Of a stretch of DNA of 64,000 bases, positions 18,532 to 29,186 are shown in pieces. Below the pieces are notes generated by a model that was not told the origin of the DNA, did no database searches, and saw nothing but the letters and a program-made list of their open reading frames with translations. The first letter of the stretch is position 1. Every line of letters begins with the position of its first letter. This stretch comes from Minisyncoccota bacterium (GTDB taxonomy: Bacteria; Patescibacteriota; Minisyncoccia; Phycocordibacterales; UBA9973), in NCBI GenBank assembly GCA_028718635.1, contig JAQULK010000001.1:24626-88625 (forward strand), in the 5' to 3' direction. The position numbers were made by a program, and so were the translations under genes.

Positions 18532-19167
18532 CTAGTTTTTAATATTACTGCCATTTGCAGTAAATTTTCCACCGCCTGTGATGTTTTTTGCAGTTACATA
18601 AATACTGCCGCCGCTACTTGATACATTTCCATTTGCCGTGACAATTCCATTATTGGTAAAATTATCAGAAATTATTAATCTGACAGCTCCTCCGCCATTA
18701 GTCGTACCACCACTGCCAAGATCAATGGGTTTGGTAGCCGAACCATAAGTTGAATCAGAATTACCAGAGCTAATTCCGCCGTAACTCGCGCCAGGGTTTG
18801 AATAACCATTCACATCTTTTCCAGCTCCAGGCCCTTGATTGGCGCCGTAACCTTTCCCGTCAGCAGAAATAGATGAACCAGCATCAATAGTTATGTTTAC
18901 AGCATTAATTTTTACTCCTTTGAAATCATTTGATGAAAGAGGATCACCTTCGAGGGTCAATACTGCATTATTAGTGATGGTCAGATTATTAAAAACATAT
19001 TCGCCGGCAGGCAATGACACATTTGAATTCACAATAACTTCAGCTTCATCCACATCTTGAATTCCATTGCTATTTAAATCAGAAGCAAAAACCCTTGGAG
19101 TAAAAATAAAAAAAGCGCTAAGAAAAAATAAAAACGAAAATAAAATAATCGATTTTCGTAAGCGCAT
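18532..19167 (-). CDS. Secreted Gly-rich beta-repeat protein, probably truncated
   Basis: Signal peptide; G.I.ADGKGY, GSGG..GGGAVRL, SGGSIY repeats ending abruptly. Confidence 0.65.
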   Translation of the reverse strand: MRLRKSIILFSFLFFLSAFFIFTPRVFASDLNSNGIQDVDEAEVIVNSNVSLPAGEYVFNNLTITNNAVLTLEGDPLSSNDFKGVKINAVNITIDAGSSISADGKGYGANQGPGAGKDVNGYSNPGASYGGISSGNSDSTYGSATKPIDLGSGGTTNGGGAVRLIISDNFTNNGIVTANGNVSSSGGSIYVTAKNITGGGKFTANGSNIKN

Positions 19168-19239
19168 TTAATTTAAAATTATTTATATAAATTCATTATC
19201 TCACAAGATTAAAAGATATAGTAAAGAAAGTGTGCATAA

Positions 19240-20646
19240 CTATTTTTTCTTCTCTTTCAATTTTCCACCACAAGCAACCACAAAATCATTATGCATCTTT
19301 TTTAGATCATTTTCTTTGAGTTTCCCGAAAACTTTGACCGCCTCTCTCGACTTTTTCTTAAAAGAAATATCTTTTTCTAAAACCTCCGGATGCACTTTAA
19401 ACGCATGCTCATTGATGCCAAGCAGAAAAAGACCTGAGAGCCTGCGCACTCGAGAAAGCGCCACATAGCCTTGCCCAAATTCAAACACTTGCGACAAATC
19501 CATCACTGCGGCATCCATGCTCATCCCCTGGCTCTTGTGCACTGTAATAGCCCAAGCCAGCCGAAGCGGAATCTGAGTTATTTGCGCGCGAACTTTTCCA
19601 TTTTCTTCCACTATCCAATCCGAGGGCGGAATGGTTATTTTCCTTCCATTTTTAGTTTTAATAATCGGGTACCCGCTGAATTCTTCGAAACCTCTCACCA
19701 CGCCAAGCGTGCCATTTACAAATTTTTCTTTTTGATTATTTTTTGTGCACATTACCACTGCGCCGATTTTAAGCTCCAAATTTTCCGGCGACAGGCACCC
19801 TTTCTTAAGAGCCTCTACCACTTTGTCGTTTCCGCTCCCGGACATTTTAAATAATTTTACATCCTCCTCTAATTTTGCAAGCTCTATATTGTTTACCCGA
19901 TCCACATCTATATTGTGTGAAAAAAGTTTGGTAATATTCAGGGCTTCTTTGGGCATATCATCATGATCAATCTGCCGAGCAGTTATAAATTTTCTACGCA
20001 TTTGTGAAAAATCATTAGCGCGGATGCCGGAGAGCACCGAAAGAAAGTCTTTATCGTCTTGGCGATGCTGTTCTGTCAAATAACACACGACCAATCCTGC
20101 CCTCTCCCAAGCACTAGATTCATAAGCAAAAATCCCCAGCGGTTGAACCGCTGAAATAAGTGAGCTCTGCTTGTTTTTATTCAGATTATTTTCTTTGTCA
20201 TCTTTTCTTATAATCGGAGGCAATTGAAAAAAATCGCCCACGAAAATTATTTGGATGCCACCGAACGGTTCATCATTTTGTTTTATTTCTCGGCAAACCA
20301 TATCCACCATATCAAGCATATTGGAGGAGAGCATAGAAACCTCATCAATGATCAAAATCCGCGTTCGCCTTACGCGCTTGCAGACATATTCACTGCTCGC
20401 AATTTTATCCAAATCATATTTGTCTAATTTTGTCCTGATGCCGATACCGCTCCAAGAATGAATCGTCATCCCGCCGATATGCGTCGCGGCGATCCCCGTG
20501 GAAGCGGTGATCGCAGGAGTTATATCGCGAGTGCGCAAATAATTCACAAAATTATTTATAGTGTGCGTCTTTCCCGCCCCCGGCTCGCCCGTCAAAAAAA
20601 CATTTACACCGGTTTTTAAAATATTCAAAGCTTCATTTTGAGTCAC
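19240..20646 (-). CDS. PIF1/RecD-like helicase
   Basis: GEPGAGKT, IIDEVSM, GDFFQLPP, LAWAITVHKSQG, GQGYVALSRV. Confidence 0.93.
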   Translation of the reverse strand: MTQNEALNILKTGVNVFLTGEPGAGKTHTINNFVNYLRTRDITPAITASTGIAATHIGGMTIHSWSGIGIRTKLDKYDLDKIASSEYVCKRVRRTRILIIDEVSMLSSNMLDMVDMVCREIKQNDEPFGGIQIIFVGDFFQLPPIIRKDDKENNLNKNKQSSLISAVQPLGIFAYESSAWERAGLVVCYLTEQHRQDDKDFLSVLSGIRANDFSQMRRKFITARQIDHDDMPKEALNITKLFSHNIDVDRVNNIELAKLEEDVKLFKMSGSGNDKVVEALKKGCLSPENLELKIGAVVMCTKNNQKEKFVNGTLGVVRGFEEFSGYPIIKTKNGRKITIPPSDWIVEENGKVRAQITQIPLRLAWAITVHKSQGMSMDAAVMDLSQVFEFGQGYVALSRVRRLSGLFLLGINEHAFKVHPEVLEKDISFKKKSREAVKVFGKLKENDLKKMHNDFVVACGGKLKEKKK

Positions 20647-20657
20647 GCTCTATTCTA

Positions 20658-22331
20658 CTACATTTTCTTCGGAGCCGTAATGCCGAGGAGGTACAGACCG
20701 TTTTTCATCACAAAAGAAAACGCGTACGTCAGAGAAATTTTATATCCAGAACTAGAATCTTCTTTATTTACTATTACCGTATTTCCATAAAAGCTATTAA
20801 AGGCACGGGCGACTTCTATTAAATAATTCGCAATATAGTGCGGTTCGTATTCTTTCGCGGAACGGAAAACAATTTCCGGAAATTTATATAATAATTTTTC
20901 TACTTCAAAAATTTCCTCTCCGAAAGCATGCGGGTCCGGCAAGATATTTTCTTTTTGGGCTTTTTCTAAAATTGAATTTGCCCGGGCATAAGCATATTGC
21001 AGATACGGCCCAGAATCCCCTTCAAAAGAAATTGATTTTTCGAAATCGTAAATGATATCCCCGCCGATTCCTTGCTTAAGGATGGAATATTTCAAGGCAG
21101 AAACGCTCACATCATTTGCCACTTTTTCTTCTTCCTGCGGAGAAAAATCCCTATTTGTCATTTTTTCCAAAATAGCGTCGCGAGCATCGTTCAAAAGCGA
21201 TTCGCCAGTTATCACATTCCCCTTCCTAGACCCCATCTTGCCGGTAGGAAGGCGCATCATGCCGTGAGTAATATGTTTCATCTTTTCCGCATGTTCTTTG
21301 TTGATCAAGGAAATAGCTTTCATAACAACGCGCATATAATCCTTCTGCTCGTTGGCAGTAACCATAATAGACAAATCCATATCTGGAAAAGTTTTGAATT
21401 TTTCTTCCGCCAACCCGAGATCTTTGGTTTCATAAGTGGGCAATCCAGCAGAAGTAATGAAAACTCTGGTGTGCAACTTAGAGTCGTATTTCTCTGCTTT
21501 GAAGACAATCGCTCCATCAGATTCTTCAAAAATTCCCATATTTGCATTCACAATTTCTCGCCCAATATCCGCCATCACGCTTTCTAGAAAATAAAAATCG
21601 AACTTCGTGCCTAGCATTTTATATAGATCTTCGAAGGTTTCCATCGTCACCCTGAAACCCCATTCATATATTTCCGTTATTTTTTTGTCTTTTTTGTCGT
21701 CCTCTTTTATATAAAGTTTTTTATTTATTTCATCTATCTCTTTCTTTATTTCCTCATCAATTTCATAAAGTTCCGCGCCTCTGGCGTAAGCTTTCCCTAT
21801 GTTTGACGCCTGCAGAGCATTTGACCCCGCTTTGCTTTGCAATTTTTCGTTATCCATAAGCCCATAAATAGCTTTAGCTACATGCAGGCCGAGGTCTCCT
21901 TGGAAATTAGCCCGTGCAATCTTGGCTCCGGAGAATTCAACTAAACGCGAGATTGATTCCCCGATAGCATTGCTCATCAAATGTCCAATGTGAAAAGGCT
22001 TGAAAGGATTCGGGTCCGTATATTCAACCATTATTTTTTTTCCTTCCAATGAATTATTTTTCCCAAAATCTTCCGGATTATTTAAAATTTCTTCGACTCT
22101 ATTTGCGAAAAACTTCCTCGATAAATGGAAATTTATAAATCTGCCAACCATTTCTATCTTTTCTATTTCTGGCAATTTATTTTTTTCTAATTTTTCCAAA
22201 GATTCTTTTGCATTTTCTAAAGATGAAATAAAAGTGTAATCTCCATTTTTGAGATCTTTGGGATGCGTCAAGACAAAATCGCCTTCAATCTTTAAAATTT
22301 CCTTTATCCAGTTTTTTATTTTTTGTTCCAT
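20658..22331 (-). CDS. argS: Arginine--tRNA ligase
   Basis: EYTDPNPFKPFHIGH, KMGSRKG, GDSGPYLQYAYAR. Confidence 0.96.
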   Translation of the reverse strand: MEQKIKNWIKEILKIEGDFVLTHPKDLKNGDYTFISSLENAKESLEKLEKNKLPEIEKIEMVGRFINFHLSRKFFANRVEEILNNPEDFGKNNSLEGKKIMVEYTDPNPFKPFHIGHLMSNAIGESISRLVEFSGAKIARANFQGDLGLHVAKAIYGLMDNEKLQSKAGSNALQASNIGKAYARGAELYEIDEEIKKEIDEINKKLYIKEDDKKDKKITEIYEWGFRVTMETFEDLYKMLGTKFDFYFLESVMADIGREIVNANMGIFEESDGAIVFKAEKYDSKLHTRVFITSAGLPTYETKDLGLAEEKFKTFPDMDLSIMVTANEQKDYMRVVMKAISLINKEHAEKMKHITHGMMRLPTGKMGSRKGNVITGESLLNDARDAILEKMTNRDFSPQEEEKVANDVSVSALKYSILKQGIGGDIIYDFEKSISFEGDSGPYLQYAYARANSILEKAQKENILPDPHAFGEEIFEVEKLLYKFPEIVFRSAKEYEPHYIANYLIEVARAFNSFYGNTVIVNKEDSSSGYKISLTYAFSFVMKNGLYLLGITAPKKM

Positions 22332-22343
22332 AATGTTTTGTAT

Positions 22344-22435
22344 AAATGTTCTAATAAAAATTTTAAGAAACGTGTGGGTCCCCTGTCCTTATGACTCCGA
22401 GGGCGCAGTTTCAAAAATTTTTGATTAGAACATTT
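22344..22435. repeat. Long-stem element with GTGGGTCCCCTGTC..GACTCCGAGGGCG core (family B), intergenic
   Basis: Outer IR aaatgttctaat/attagaacattt; core shared with recJ insert. Confidence 0.75.
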
Positions 22436-22438
22436 TGT

Positions 22439-22864
22439 TTATTTACGTCCTGTACTCCCTTCCCTCCCTTCGCCTCGCACAGTTTCTGAAAGCTCTTCAG
22501 TCTCTACAATATCACAATATTCGAATTTTTGAATTAGCATCTGGGCGATCTTGTGATCTTTTGTCATTAAAACTTCTTTATTTGAAACATTCAAAAAATT
22601 CATGGTAATTTCGCCTCTAAAACCAGCATCTATCACTCCGCCCATGACTTTTAACCCTAAGTTAAAAGAGATGCTCGATTTGTCCCAAATAAGACCCACA
22701 TGACCTTCTGGAATTTCAATAGCCACGCCAGTGCGAACTGTCTCTTGTTTGCCGGGCAGAAAACGGACATCTTCTACGCAATAAAAATCAATCCCCGCAT
22801 CCCCGGGATGTCCATGGGTCGGCAACTTCGCATCTTCCCTAAGTTTTTTAACTTTAATTTGCAT
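22439..22864 (-). CDS. dut: dUTP diphosphatase
   Basis: DAGID, GVIDAGFRGEI, KIAQ, RGEGREGSTG. Confidence 0.95.
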   Translation of the reverse strand: MQIKVKKLREDAKLPTHGHPGDAGIDFYCVEDVRFLPGKQETVRTGVAIEIPEGHVGLIWDKSSISFNLGLKVMGGVIDAGFRGEITMNFLNVSNKEVLMTKDHKIAQMLIQKFEYCDIVETEELSETVRGEGREGSTGRK

Positions 22865-22869
22865 AAAAA

Positions 22870-23562
22870 TTAACGTAAAACTTTTTTAATTTTTTCATAA
22901 ATTTTTTCATGGATTATTTCACGGCTTTCCAAAATTCCATTTTCTGCGCATTCAATTTTAATCCAACCCTTTTGAGTTTTAGAGAGCCATAAAGCCGTTT
23001 TATTAGAATTGGTTAGATATGGGATATTCCCTTCCACGATATCTTTCCTCTTGCCAGTATATTTGCGTGAAGTTTTTTTATTGCGTTCTTTTATTAATTT
23101 CAAAATGATGCTCATCGGAACATTCAAATAAAACACCGCATCGGGTTTGGGAATTTTAAAAACTTTGTATTCCATCTCATCGAGCCATTTTATAAAATTA
23201 TTCCGCCTTTTGGTGTCTTTAATTTTCCCGCCTTGATGAATTTGATTGGCGCTGACATATCTATTTGATAAAACAATATATCCTTTTTTGAGCCAATCCC
23301 GTATTTTCTCGGATGATTCCCATCTGTCCGCCGCATAAGCGATGGAAGCAATTTTGGGATGAATATTTATCCAATTATAATACTGCTCAGACAAACAATG
23401 CCCGATGAATTTTCCAAAGAAATTTTTATAGTATTCTGGAAAATCTAGAAGTTTCACGGTGTACCCTTCTCTCACCAATCGCGCGCGCAAGAGCTTCACT
23501 TGCGTAGCTTTTCCGCTTCCATCCGTGCCGTCCACTACAATGAGTTTGCCTTTTTTTGCCAT
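22870..23562 (-). CDS. tmk: Thymidylate kinase
   Basis: DGTDGSGKATQ, FP.Y, AADR, NRY..AN..HQ, PKPD. Confidence 0.93.
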   Translation of the reverse strand: MAKKGKLIVVDGTDGSGKATQVKLLRARLVREGYTVKLLDFPEYYKNFFGKFIGHCLSEQYYNWINIHPKIASIAYAADRWESSEKIRDWLKKGYIVLSNRYVSANQIHQGGKIKDTKRRNNFIKWLDEMEYKVFKIPKPDAVFYLNVPMSIILKLIKERNKKTSRKYTGKRKDIVEGNIPYLTNSNKTALWLSKTQKGWIKIECAENGILESREIIHEKIYEKIKKVLR

Positions 23563-23563
23563 A

Positions 23564-24262
23564 TTATTTAGCTTCTCTCAATGATTCCATCTCAAATGAG
23601 TTTATCAATAAATCATCATCGACATCCACTAAATACGCTAAAGCCTTGGCTGGTTTTTCAACTGGCATCGCCATTCCAAAATTTTTATGAATCCCCACTT
23701 TTTCAAAAAGACCAGTATGAATAAATCCAGGATAAAATCCCACCACGCTAATGTTAAAAGGAGCGAGTTCCAGCTGAAGAGATTTCGTAAAGCCGGTCAC
23801 CGCCCATTTTGAAGCATTATAAACAGAACGTTCTGCTTTTGGATTCAGACCCGCCCTAGAACTAATATTTATAATTCTCCCGTACTTTTGTTTTTTAAGC
23901 TGAGGCACTAAAGCATTTACCACGAGCATGGTTCCGACAGTATTTATCAAAACCGCATTTTTTATTTCTTCAGGATTATTTTCTTCAATCGGACCTTCTA
24001 TCCAAACTCCCGCGCAATTTATCAAGCAGTCAATTTTTTTATATTTTTTTACAACTTGCGAAAATGCATCTTTAATTTGTTCCGCGTTTGTGACATCGCA
24101 AATAATGCCGTCGCATTCCAGCTCCTTGGAAGTTTCCTTCACTTCTTTCGCATTTTTCCCTAGAATCACGACCTCATTTTCACGAACTAAAATTTTAGCG
24201 GTAGCTTTTCCTAACCCGCTGTTTCCGCCTGTTATCACAATTACTTTTTTACCTGACTTCAT
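23564..24262 (-). CDS. SDR family oxidoreductase
   Basis: TGGNSGLG, NCAG, YNASK. Confidence 0.93.
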   Translation of the reverse strand: MKSGKKVIVITGGNSGLGKATAKILVRENEVVILGKNAKEVKETSKELECDGIICDVTNAEQIKDAFSQVVKKYKKIDCLINCAGVWIEGPIEENNPEEIKNAVLINTVGTMLVVNALVPQLKKQKYGRIINISSRAGLNPKAERSVYNASKWAVTGFTKSLQLELAPFNISVVGFYPGFIHTGLFEKVGIHKNFGMAMPVEKPAKALAYLVDVDDDLLINSFEMESLREAK

Positions 24263-24267
24263 AAACT

Positions 24268-25458
24268 TTATTTCTTCCCCTTTAAAACCTTGTCTATTTT
24301 TCTAGCGATAGCAATCATGTCTTTTTCTTTCTTGCCCAAAGTAGTCTCCGCCGGTGTACCGATGCGGATTCCAGAAGGATCAAATGGTGAACGAGTTTCA
24401 CCCGGAATAGTATTTTTATTGCAAATGATTCCTGCTTTTTCGAGTTTCGCTTCAGCCTCCTTTCCAGAGATACCTTTTCCATTCATCCAAACATCCACCA
24501 AAATAAGATGCGATTCTGTACCACCAGAAACTACTCTCCAACCTAAGCGGACGAGTTCATTGGCTAATACTTTTGCATTCTTGATGACTTGTTTCGCATA
24601 TTTTTTAAAAGCTGGCGAATCGTCTTCCTTTAAAGCAACAGCAATGCCGGCAATCTGACCCATGTGCGGACCTCCTTGTAAACCTGGAAAGATCGCTTTA
24701 TCAATCAAAGATGATATATCTTTGTCGCCAAGTTTTTTATCTTTTCTAGAGAAAATAATTGCTCCTCTTGGACCACGTAAAGTCTTGTGAGTGGTGGTCG
24801 TAACCACATCTGCATATTTAAAAGGTGTTGGATAAGCTTCTCCTGCTACTAGTCCGGCAAAGTGTGACATATCAACCATGAGATATGCACCGCAAGCATC
24901 AGCTACTTCGCGACACTTTTTAAAATCAACAATTCTAGGGTAAGCCGTAAATCCTACAATGATTAGATTCGGCTTTTCTCTTATTGCATCCTCTTTCATT
25001 TTTTTATAATCAATGAGTTCGGTTTTTAAATCTATGCCGATGGGCACTTGTTCCCACACCTTGCCAGTGATGGAAACTTTCTGACCATGAGTCAAATGCC
25101 CGCCGGAAGAAAGAGGCAACCCCATCACCTTCCCGCCTTTTGGCACCAGCGCTAGATACACAGCCAAGTTCGCAGGAGACCCTGAAAGCGGCTGGACATT
25201 TACATGCCATAAATCTTTTTTTAATTTAAAAAGTTTTCGAGCTCGGTCTTGGCAAAGAATCTCAAGCTCATCTGTATACCTCTGCCCCCCATAATATCGA
25301 GCATGAGGATACCCCTCTGCATATTTATTGTCAAAAATAGAACCAAGCGCCGTCAAAACATCTTTGGAAACATAGTTCTCCGAGGGGATAAGATTGATTA
25401 CGCTCTTCTGCCTCCTTGTTTCATTCTTAATAAGACTCTCAATTTTTTTATCTTTCAT
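24268..25458 (-). CDS. glyA: Serine hydroxymethyltransferase
   Basis: LIPSEN, KYAEGYP..RYYGG, GGHLTHG, TTTHKTLRGPRG. Confidence 0.98.
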   Translation of the reverse strand: MKDKKIESLIKNETRRQKSVINLIPSENYVSKDVLTALGSIFDNKYAEGYPHARYYGGQRYTDELEILCQDRARKLFKLKKDLWHVNVQPLSGSPANLAVYLALVPKGGKVMGLPLSSGGHLTHGQKVSITGKVWEQVPIGIDLKTELIDYKKMKEDAIREKPNLIIVGFTAYPRIVDFKKCREVADACGAYLMVDMSHFAGLVAGEAYPTPFKYADVVTTTTHKTLRGPRGAIIFSRKDKKLGDKDISSLIDKAIFPGLQGGPHMGQIAGIAVALKEDDSPAFKKYAKQVIKNAKVLANELVRLGWRVVSGGTESHLILVDVWMNGKGISGKEAEAKLEKAGIICNKNTIPGETRSPFDPSGIRIGTPAETTLGKKEKDMIAIARKIDKVLKGKK

Positions 25459-25486
25459 AAAACGATTATATCACATTAATTTTTAT

Positions 25487-26356
25487 CTACCTGTGGAATG
25501 AAAAAATCTCATTTTGACCGTCGGATTTCACGATTATCGTACCCAACAAATCAGTCCGGAAAATTTTTGCTCCAAATTTAGTGAGTGTTTCCAAGGTCTC
25601 TGGATGAGGATGACCGTAATTATTATCTTTGCCGTCTGAGATGAGCGCATATTCCGGAGAGACGGCTTTTACATAACTTGGAGACGAAGAAGTCCGCGAG
25701 CCATGATGCCCAACCTTTAAAATAGTGCTTTTTAACCGCATTTGGGAATTTTCTGAGAGAATTATTTGTTCTGTTTTTGTTCCTGCATCACCAGTTAGCA
25801 TTATAGAAGTATTTCCATAAGAAAGCCGTGCTACTACTGAGCCATCATTCGTCGCCCACTCGGAAACATCTCTATCGGGAAATAAAATATCGATTACTGC
25901 TCCGCTTCCCATGTCTAACTTCATTCCTCTTTTAGCTAAAATATCCGGTACGTTTTGTTTTTTCATTTCTTCTCTCAAGTTTTGATAAGTTTTAGAATCT
26001 GTTAAGACGCCAGATTCGAGAACCATACCCACTTTGTAATTCTTTAAAATATCCAAAAGTCCGCCGATGTGATCTGCGTCCGGGTTGGTAATTATTAGGG
26101 CATCAATAGTTTTATCAAATGGAGAAATTACTCTTTGAAGTGGACCCAAAACTTTACGCGGTGGACCACCATCAAACATGACTTGGGTACCTGTCGGAGA
26201 TTCTATAAAAAGAGCGTCTCCCTGCCCGACATCTAGCATTGCAAAAGTAAGACCCTGGTTGGAATTTTGCCAATCTAAATAAAATAGAAAAAATGTTGTA
26301 AATAAAAGGAGAAGTACAAGAATCAACATCCAGCACTGTTTGATATTTTTATACAT
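25487..26356 (-). CDS. ComEC-type MBL-fold nuclease domain protein (separate gene)
   Basis: LDVGQGDA, D.DHIGG, LTGD, KVGHHGS, N.YGHP. Confidence 0.9.
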   Translation of the reverse strand: MYKNIKQCWMLILVLLLLFTTFFLFYLDWQNSNQGLTFAMLDVGQGDALFIESPTGTQVMFDGGPPRKVLGPLQRVISPFDKTIDALIITNPDADHIGGLLDILKNYKVGMVLESGVLTDSKTYQNLREEMKKQNVPDILAKRGMKLDMGSGAVIDILFPDRDVSEWATNDGSVVARLSYGNTSIMLTGDAGTKTEQIILSENSQMRLKSTILKVGHHGSRTSSSPSYVKAVSPEYALISDGKDNNYGHPHPETLETLTKFGAKIFRTDLLGTIIVKSDGQNEIFSFHR

Positions 26357-26372
26357 GTTACAATACTAACAT

Positions 26373-26981
26373 ATGAAATTTGAGGAAATAAAATTTAACC
26401 TAGGAAGTTTTAAAGGCATCTCTAGTAAAAATATTGAGGAACATTTGAAGCTTTATGCTGGGTATGTAAAAAACACAAATTTAATTATTGAAAAACTTGA
26501 AGAATACGAAAAAATATCTGAAACCAGAGAGCTAGCCCCGGAAGTTGTTTATTTAGTGGGAGAACTACATAGAAGATTCGGCTTTGAATTCAATGGAATG
26601 AGAAACCACGAATATTATTTCAAGTCTCTAGAAGGCGAAGCCAAACCCCTACCTGAAAATTTTCAATTAAAAATTACGATTGAAAAACAAGGACAATCGT
26701 TTGATCTATGGCTCAGGGATTTTAAAAATCTGGCGATGACCCGCGGAGTCGGCTGGGCAGTGCTTTACTACGACAAACAAACAAAAAATCTCATATCTGC
26801 TTGGGTAGACGAGCACCACTTGGGACAATTAAATGGACTTCAGTGGATTCTTGGTATTGATATGTGGGAACATGCTTTCGTTTATGATTATCCGACCTCC
26901 GAAAAGAAAAAATACGTGGAAGCATTCTTTGAAAATTTAAATTGGGAGGTCATAGAAGAAAATTTCAAAAAGGCTCAGTAA
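26373..26981 (+). CDS. Fe/Mn superoxide dismutase family protein
   Basis: H..LY.GYV, NHEYYF, G.GW, DMWEHAF. Confidence 0.9.
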   Translation: MKFEEIKFNLGSFKGISSKNIEEHLKLYAGYVKNTNLIIEKLEEYEKISETRELAPEVVYLVGELHRRFGFEFNGMRNHEYYFKSLEGEAKPLPENFQLKITIEKQGQSFDLWLRDFKNLAMTRGVGWAVLYYDKQTKNLISAWVDEHHLGQLNGLQWILGIDMWEHAFVYDYPTSEKKKYVEAFFENLNWEVIEENFKKAQ

Positions 26982-28536
26982 AGAATTTATTTATATTTCT
27001 GCCAAAAAGTTTATAAATAAAATAGGCATAAATAATCAGCGTAAGTAAAAATGGAAAATCTGGAAAAGTAAAAGCTGAAAATGGCAGGTTTGAAAAAAAA
27101 TTTATTACTCCAAGCTCGTAATGCAGAAATAAATACGAAAGAAAACCTGCCGGTATTGCCAGCACATAATAAATAAGCCCAAGAAAACCAGTGATGAAAC
27201 CGAGCATCATTGTAAAAGGAATAAAAGGTAAAATTAAAACATTGGCTGGCAGAGCCACCAGAGAAAAATTGCCCATTTTATAAAGAATAAAAGGAAAAAC
27301 AAAAACATAAGCAGCACAGGTGACGGACACAATGTCTCGCAATTCGAAAGTTTTTGGTACCCATAAAAAATATTTTTCAATTCTCGGAGCGAGAAAAATC
27401 ACCGCGACCGTCGCCAAAAATGAAAGCTGAAAAGAAACATCAAAAACTAGAAGAAAAGGATTGAGTAGAATCATCAACACTCCAGCCAACAATAACGCCC
27501 GCGCGACATCATAATTGCGGCCGGTCGCGCGGGCTACCAATGCCAGAGTCGCCATTATCCCCGCTCGGACTGCAGTCGAACTCCCGCCAGTCATTATGAT
27601 AAATAGAATTACTGTTAATATTCCCATTCCAATACCAAAATTTTTGGGAGCATAAGGTACTTTCGCCAAAAATTTCATAATCCATTCAGCCACAATCGTC
27701 ACATTGTATCCTGACAGCGCCACGATATGGATCGTACCGGTATTCACAAAACTCTGTCTTAAATCTTGACTAAAAGAAGATTTTTCACCCAAAATAAGCC
27801 CACCCAAAAGCAGATTCTCAGGAGCATTAATAGCAAAATTTATTTTTTCTAAAAATTTATCTTTAATTTGGAAAAGAGCACTTTGAATTACATTGCCATT
27901 TCCGCGGGCCTCGCCCGTCTGGCTACGGCCAAGGGAGACAATTTCAATTCTGGGATAACCCATCACATACAAAATCCCGTCTTTGCGCAAATAATTTACA
28001 TAGTCAAAAACTTTACCTTGGTCGGTAATAAAATTCTCCGGCTTTTCTAATTTCCCAAAAAAATTTATTTTGTCTCCATATTTATAATCTGTATCTAGAC
28101 TGGTAGACAATAAAATTTTAGTGGTGGGAAGAGGTTGGACATCAGGGGGACCCGATGTCCAACCTCTAGAAGTTACAAGCACCGTCAATTGCTGGTTATT
28201 TTCTTTTATACTAGGTTCATCAGTTATAACTCCATCGAGAGTTACTTTTTGCCCTACTTGCGACTCAAAAATATTTGGTGCTAAAACATCTACCATGTTA
28301 AATCTAAAAATTCCAAAACAAAAAGTCAGAAGAAAAATCGAAGCTAATATACCCCACTTGTTTTTTGCCTCGCCCGTAGGGCTATGGCCGAGGGAAATTA
28401 AAGTAAAAAACAAAAACAAAGCGAGAGCAATTAAGCCGAATAAAATTACCAAATAAAAATCTACCAAAAAGAAAGAGCGCAACAGCACTCCAAATAAAAA
28501 CCCAAAACAAGTTGTATAAAAAACTCTATCCCGCAT
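26965..28536 (-). CDS. comEC: ComEC/Rec2 competence channel
   Basis: G..HIVALSGYNV, S..RA.IM, FQLSFLAT; three palindrome inserts. Confidence 0.93.
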   Translation of the reverse strand: MRDRVFYTTCFGFLFGVLLRSFFLVDFYLVILFGLIALALFLFFTLISLGHSPTGEAKNKWGILASIFLLTFCFGIFRFNMVDVLAPNIFESQVGQKVTLDGVITDEPSIKENNQQLTVLVTSRGWTSGPPDVQPLPTTKILLSTSLDTDYKYGDKINFFGKLEKPENFITDQGKVFDYVNYLRKDGILYVMGYPRIEIVSLGRSQTGEARGNGNVIQSALFQIKDKFLEKINFAINAPENLLLGGLILGEKSSFSQDLRQSFVNTGTIHIVALSGYNVTIVAEWIMKFLAKVPYAPKNFGIGMGILTVILFIIMTGGSSTAVRAGIMATLALVARATGRNYDVARALLLAGVLMILLNPFLLVFDVSFQLSFLATVAVIFLAPRIEKYFLWVPKTFELRDIVSVTCAAYVFVFPFILYKMGNFSLVALPANVLILPFIPFTMMLGFITGFLGLIYYVLAIPAGFLSYLFLHYELGVINFFSNLPFSAFTFPDFPFLLTLIIYAYFIYKLFGRNINKFFTEPF

Positions 28537-28542
28537 AAAATA

Positions 28543-28568
28543 ATTGGCCAACCTGCCAGGTCAGCCAT
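28543..28568. repeat. REP-like palindrome (CAACCTGCCAGG family), copy 1
   Basis: attggccaacctgccaggtcagccat; contains GNAT stop. Confidence 0.75.
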
Positions 28569-29142
28569 TGTGTTCTTTGTTAATTAAATCCAATTCCATT
28601 ATTTGGTATTCAGAAAGATACTTCGGGTCATTTCCAATAATTGGCAACGCCCTCTCTTCATCAAGTTTTTCAAAACCGAATTTTTCATAAAGTTTAATCG
28701 CTGCTCCTCTGCTAACTAACACCCAAAGTCTAACTTTTTCAGCGCCTTTCCTTTTTTCCTCGTCTAATATTGTTTTGAGCATTCTTTCTGCAATGTTTTC
28801 CCCAATAACACTTTTCCTAAAATTTGGTTTAAGGAAAACAGAATTTATTCTCCATACCCGAAGCTCATCTGAATTCGGACTTTTTACTCCTTTTATAATT
28901 CCTATTACCTCTGACCCATTTCTTGCCAAAACTATAATAGATTTTCCTAAATCTTCTTTCCATTCATTATCAGTTTGATTTCTTTCCACCCGAGCTTCAT
29001 CTTTAAAATATTTACCAGAGCCTTCGGGGTCTGTATCAATAGCTTCACATCTAATTTTTTTATATTCCTCCCAATCTTTTTCTGTAGCTATTTCTATTTT
29101 TAAAGCTAATTTTTCTTTATTCTTTAAAGGATTTTCTTCCAT
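28561..29142 (-). CDS. GNAT family acetyltransferase
   Basis: VFLKPNFR, L.V....AIKLYEKFGF. Confidence 0.85.
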   Translation of the reverse strand: MEENPLKNKEKLALKIEIATEKDWEEYKKIRCEAIDTDPEGSGKYFKDEARVERNQTDNEWKEDLGKSIIVLARNGSEVIGIIKGVKSPNSDELRVWRINSVFLKPNFRKSVIGENIAERMLKTILDEEKRKGAEKVRLWVLVSRGAAIKLYEKFGFEKLDEERALPIIGNDPKYLSEYQIMELDLINKEHNG

Positions 29143-29186
29143 AAGTTTATGATATCAAAAAGTATCCGTTAAACATACACCCACTA

